Shown here: positions 30,900-32,000 of the stretch, piece after piece
How positions within the stretch are numbered: position 1 is the stretch's first letter
Layout of the letters: every line of letters begins with the position of its first letter
DNA from: Mycolicibacterium smegmatis
GTDB lineage: Bacteria > Actinomycetota > Actinomycetes > Mycobacteriales > Mycobacteriaceae
Reading direction: 5' to 3'
DNA: 32,000 nucleotides
Assembly: GCF_001457595.1 (NCBI RefSeq)
Contig: NZ_LN831039.1
Location: 1,890,001 to 1,922,000 of the forward strand
Notes under the pieces: generated by a model
Seen by the model: only the letters and a program-made list of their open reading frames with translations
Told to the model about the DNA's origin: nothing
Databases searched by the model: none
Made by a program: the position numbers and the translations under genes

Positions 30900-32000
30900 C
30901 TCAATGAAGAAGTCAAGCCGCCGCGATGTTTGGGGGTGATTCAGGTTGCCAGGTCCGGTTGTCGCGGATGAGGGCGTAGAGAACGTTGGTGCGCCGTCGT
31001 GCCAGGCAGATGGTGGCGGGGATCGGCCGCTTTCCTTCGTCTCGTTTGCGCTGGTAGTAGGCCTTGGAATCTGGGTCGCAGCGGATCGCGGTCAACGCCG
31101 ACATGTACATGGCTCGGCGCAGTCGGCGACTGTAGCGCTTGGGGGTGTGCAGTCGTTCGGTGCGCTTTCTGGAGTCTCGAGACACTGGTGCCAGGCCGGC
31201 CCAGGCCGCGAGTTGGTCAGCCGATCCGATCAGTGCGGGATCACCGACGGCAGCGAGGAGTTCGGCGCCGAGTCGAAATCCCATGCCGGGCATACTGGTG
31301 ATCACCTCGGCGAGTGGATGGCGGCGAAATCGGCCCTCGATGTCGGCGTCGGTGGTCTTGATGCGGTCATCGAGGGCAATCACCTCCCGTGCCAGATCAG
31401 CGACCAACCCGGCGGCCACCTCTTCGCCGGGCAGACGCACCGTCTGGGTTTTCACCGCGGCCACCGCAGCCCCCGCGATCGAGGCGGCGTTGCGCACACC
31501 GGCATCGGTCAAGACTTTGGTCAGCCGCGAAACACCGCTTTGCCGAATCGCTTTGGGACGCTGGTAGCGCGCCAGCAATACCACCCAGCCACGGTCTTGG
31601 CTCAGTTGGGCGGCTCGTTCCAGGGCCGGGCAGACCGCGACGAGTTGTTGGCGCAGCCGGTTTATTGTGCGGGTGCGGTCGGCCACGAGGTCGGCGCGAT
31701 GGCCGGTGAGCATCCGCAACTCGCTGATCAAGTCATCATTGGGATGCAGAACGGGCAAGTCCTGCCCGCGCATCCGCGACTGGTCGGCGATCACCCGTGC
31801 ATCTTTGGCGTCGGTTTTGGCCTCCCCACCGCGGTAGGTCGCCGAGGCCTGCCACACCGCCCGGCCGGCCAGGTACCGGACCGTTTTGCCAGCGTCGGCC
31901 AGCACCGTCAACAACAGGGCGGCATACACCGTGGTCAGGTCCACCGCCCACAACACTCGCTCGGCCAGCTCGTCGATTTCAGCCACGAGCTCTCGGATCG
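30900..32000 (-). mobile_element. Partial IS110-family insertion sequence; neither boundary can be fixed from this window
   Basis: The transposase gene is present. This family has no obvious terminal inverted repeats and makes no target duplication, so the left end can only be placed at or left of the stop codon at 30913. Confidence 0.6.
30913..32000 (-). CDS. IS110-family (DEDD / Transposase_20) transposase; N-terminus lies beyond the window end
   Basis: The translation has GEAKTDAKDARVIAD, MPGMGFRLGAELLAAVGD and LAAWAGLAPVSRDS...ALTAIRCDPDSKAYYQRKRDEGKRPIPATICLARRRTNVLYALIRD. The reading frame stays open through base 32000. Confidence 0.9.
   Translation of the reverse strand, partial: IRELVAEIDELAERVLWAVDLTTVYAALLLTVLADAGKTVRYLAGRAVWQASATYRGGEAKTDAKDARVIADQSRMRGQDLPVLHPNDDLISELRMLTGHRADLVADRTRTINRLRQQLVAVCPALERAAQLSQDRGWVVLLARYQRPKAIRQSGVSRLTKVLTDAGVRNAASIAGAAVAAVKTQTVRLPGEEVAAGLVADLAREVIALDDRIKTTDADIEGRFRRHPLAEVITSMPGMGFRLGAELLAAVGDPALIGSADQLAAWAGLAPVSRDSRKRTERLHTPKRYSRRLRRAMYMSALTAIRCDPDSKAYYQRKRDEGKRPIPATICLARRRTNVLYALIRDNRTWQPESPPNIAAA

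Noticed and set aside
1-32000. CRISPR arrays, tRNA or rRNA genes, prophage or toxin-antitoxin modules, classical multi-gene defence systems
   Set aside because: No spaced direct-repeat array, no tRNA-like T-arm (GGTTCGAATCC-type) and no rRNA-like segment was seen by eye. Every gap between called genes is under 150 nt, apart from the 197-nt stretch before the IS. Hand scanning could miss small RNAs.

Overview
This is a high-GC mycobacterial chromosome segment, most likely Mycolicibacterium smegmatis or a close relative. Two things point there: a 1507-aa Lhr helicase followed directly by Nei, and the gene order lpdA-glpD2-pseudouridine synthase ... nei-lhr ... pcd-lrpA-lat ... usfY. From memory, that order matches the M. 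tuberculosis Rv3303c-Rv3288c region, inverted here. I call 34 protein-coding genes. One is frameshifted and one is truncated at each window edge. I found no rRNA, tRNA or CRISPR by eye. The backbone carries glycerol-3-phosphate oxidation, lhr-nei DNA repair and the lysine catabolism genes pcd/lrpA/lat. A roughly 13 kb block of accessory metabolic and regulatory genes (about 3.3-16.6 kb) interrupts it. That block holds a TetR-controlled reductase/DesA3-like desaturase unit, a second TetR with a methyltransferase and a BBE-like FAD oxidase, an orphan SigE-like ECF sigma, an F420-type LLM oxidoreductase, an aldo/keto reductase, an MTA nucleosidase and three cupins. The right end looks like a general-stress island (Cys-rich protein, membrane protein, flavoprotein, UsfY-like, CsbD) and runs into a partial IS110-family element. 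I did not find a convincing new multi-gene system such as a defence island. The signals most worth follow-up are regulatory or unannotated. (1) Three exact and two near matches to the SigF-type promoter motif GTTT-N15-17-GGGTA. One drives an unlisted 57-codon acidic ORF upstream of lhr, and one forms a complete promoter/SD/ATG module cut off after 11 codons at the IS110 transposase end. (2) A duplicated palindromic operator-like motif sitting on both predicted start sites of the TetR/reductase-desaturase divergon. (3) A PafBC/RecA-NDp-type promoter placing a leaderless start on the lhr ATG. (4) A frameshifted DUF985 cupin translationally coupled to an ECF sigma that has no anti-sigma partner. 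(5) A translationally coupled operon of a tandem TRASH-like Cys-rich protein, a membrane protein and a flavoprotein, next to a membrane-anchored Mrr-like nuclease. All family calls come from reading the translations and all motif calls from hand scanning. Nothing was searched against a database.
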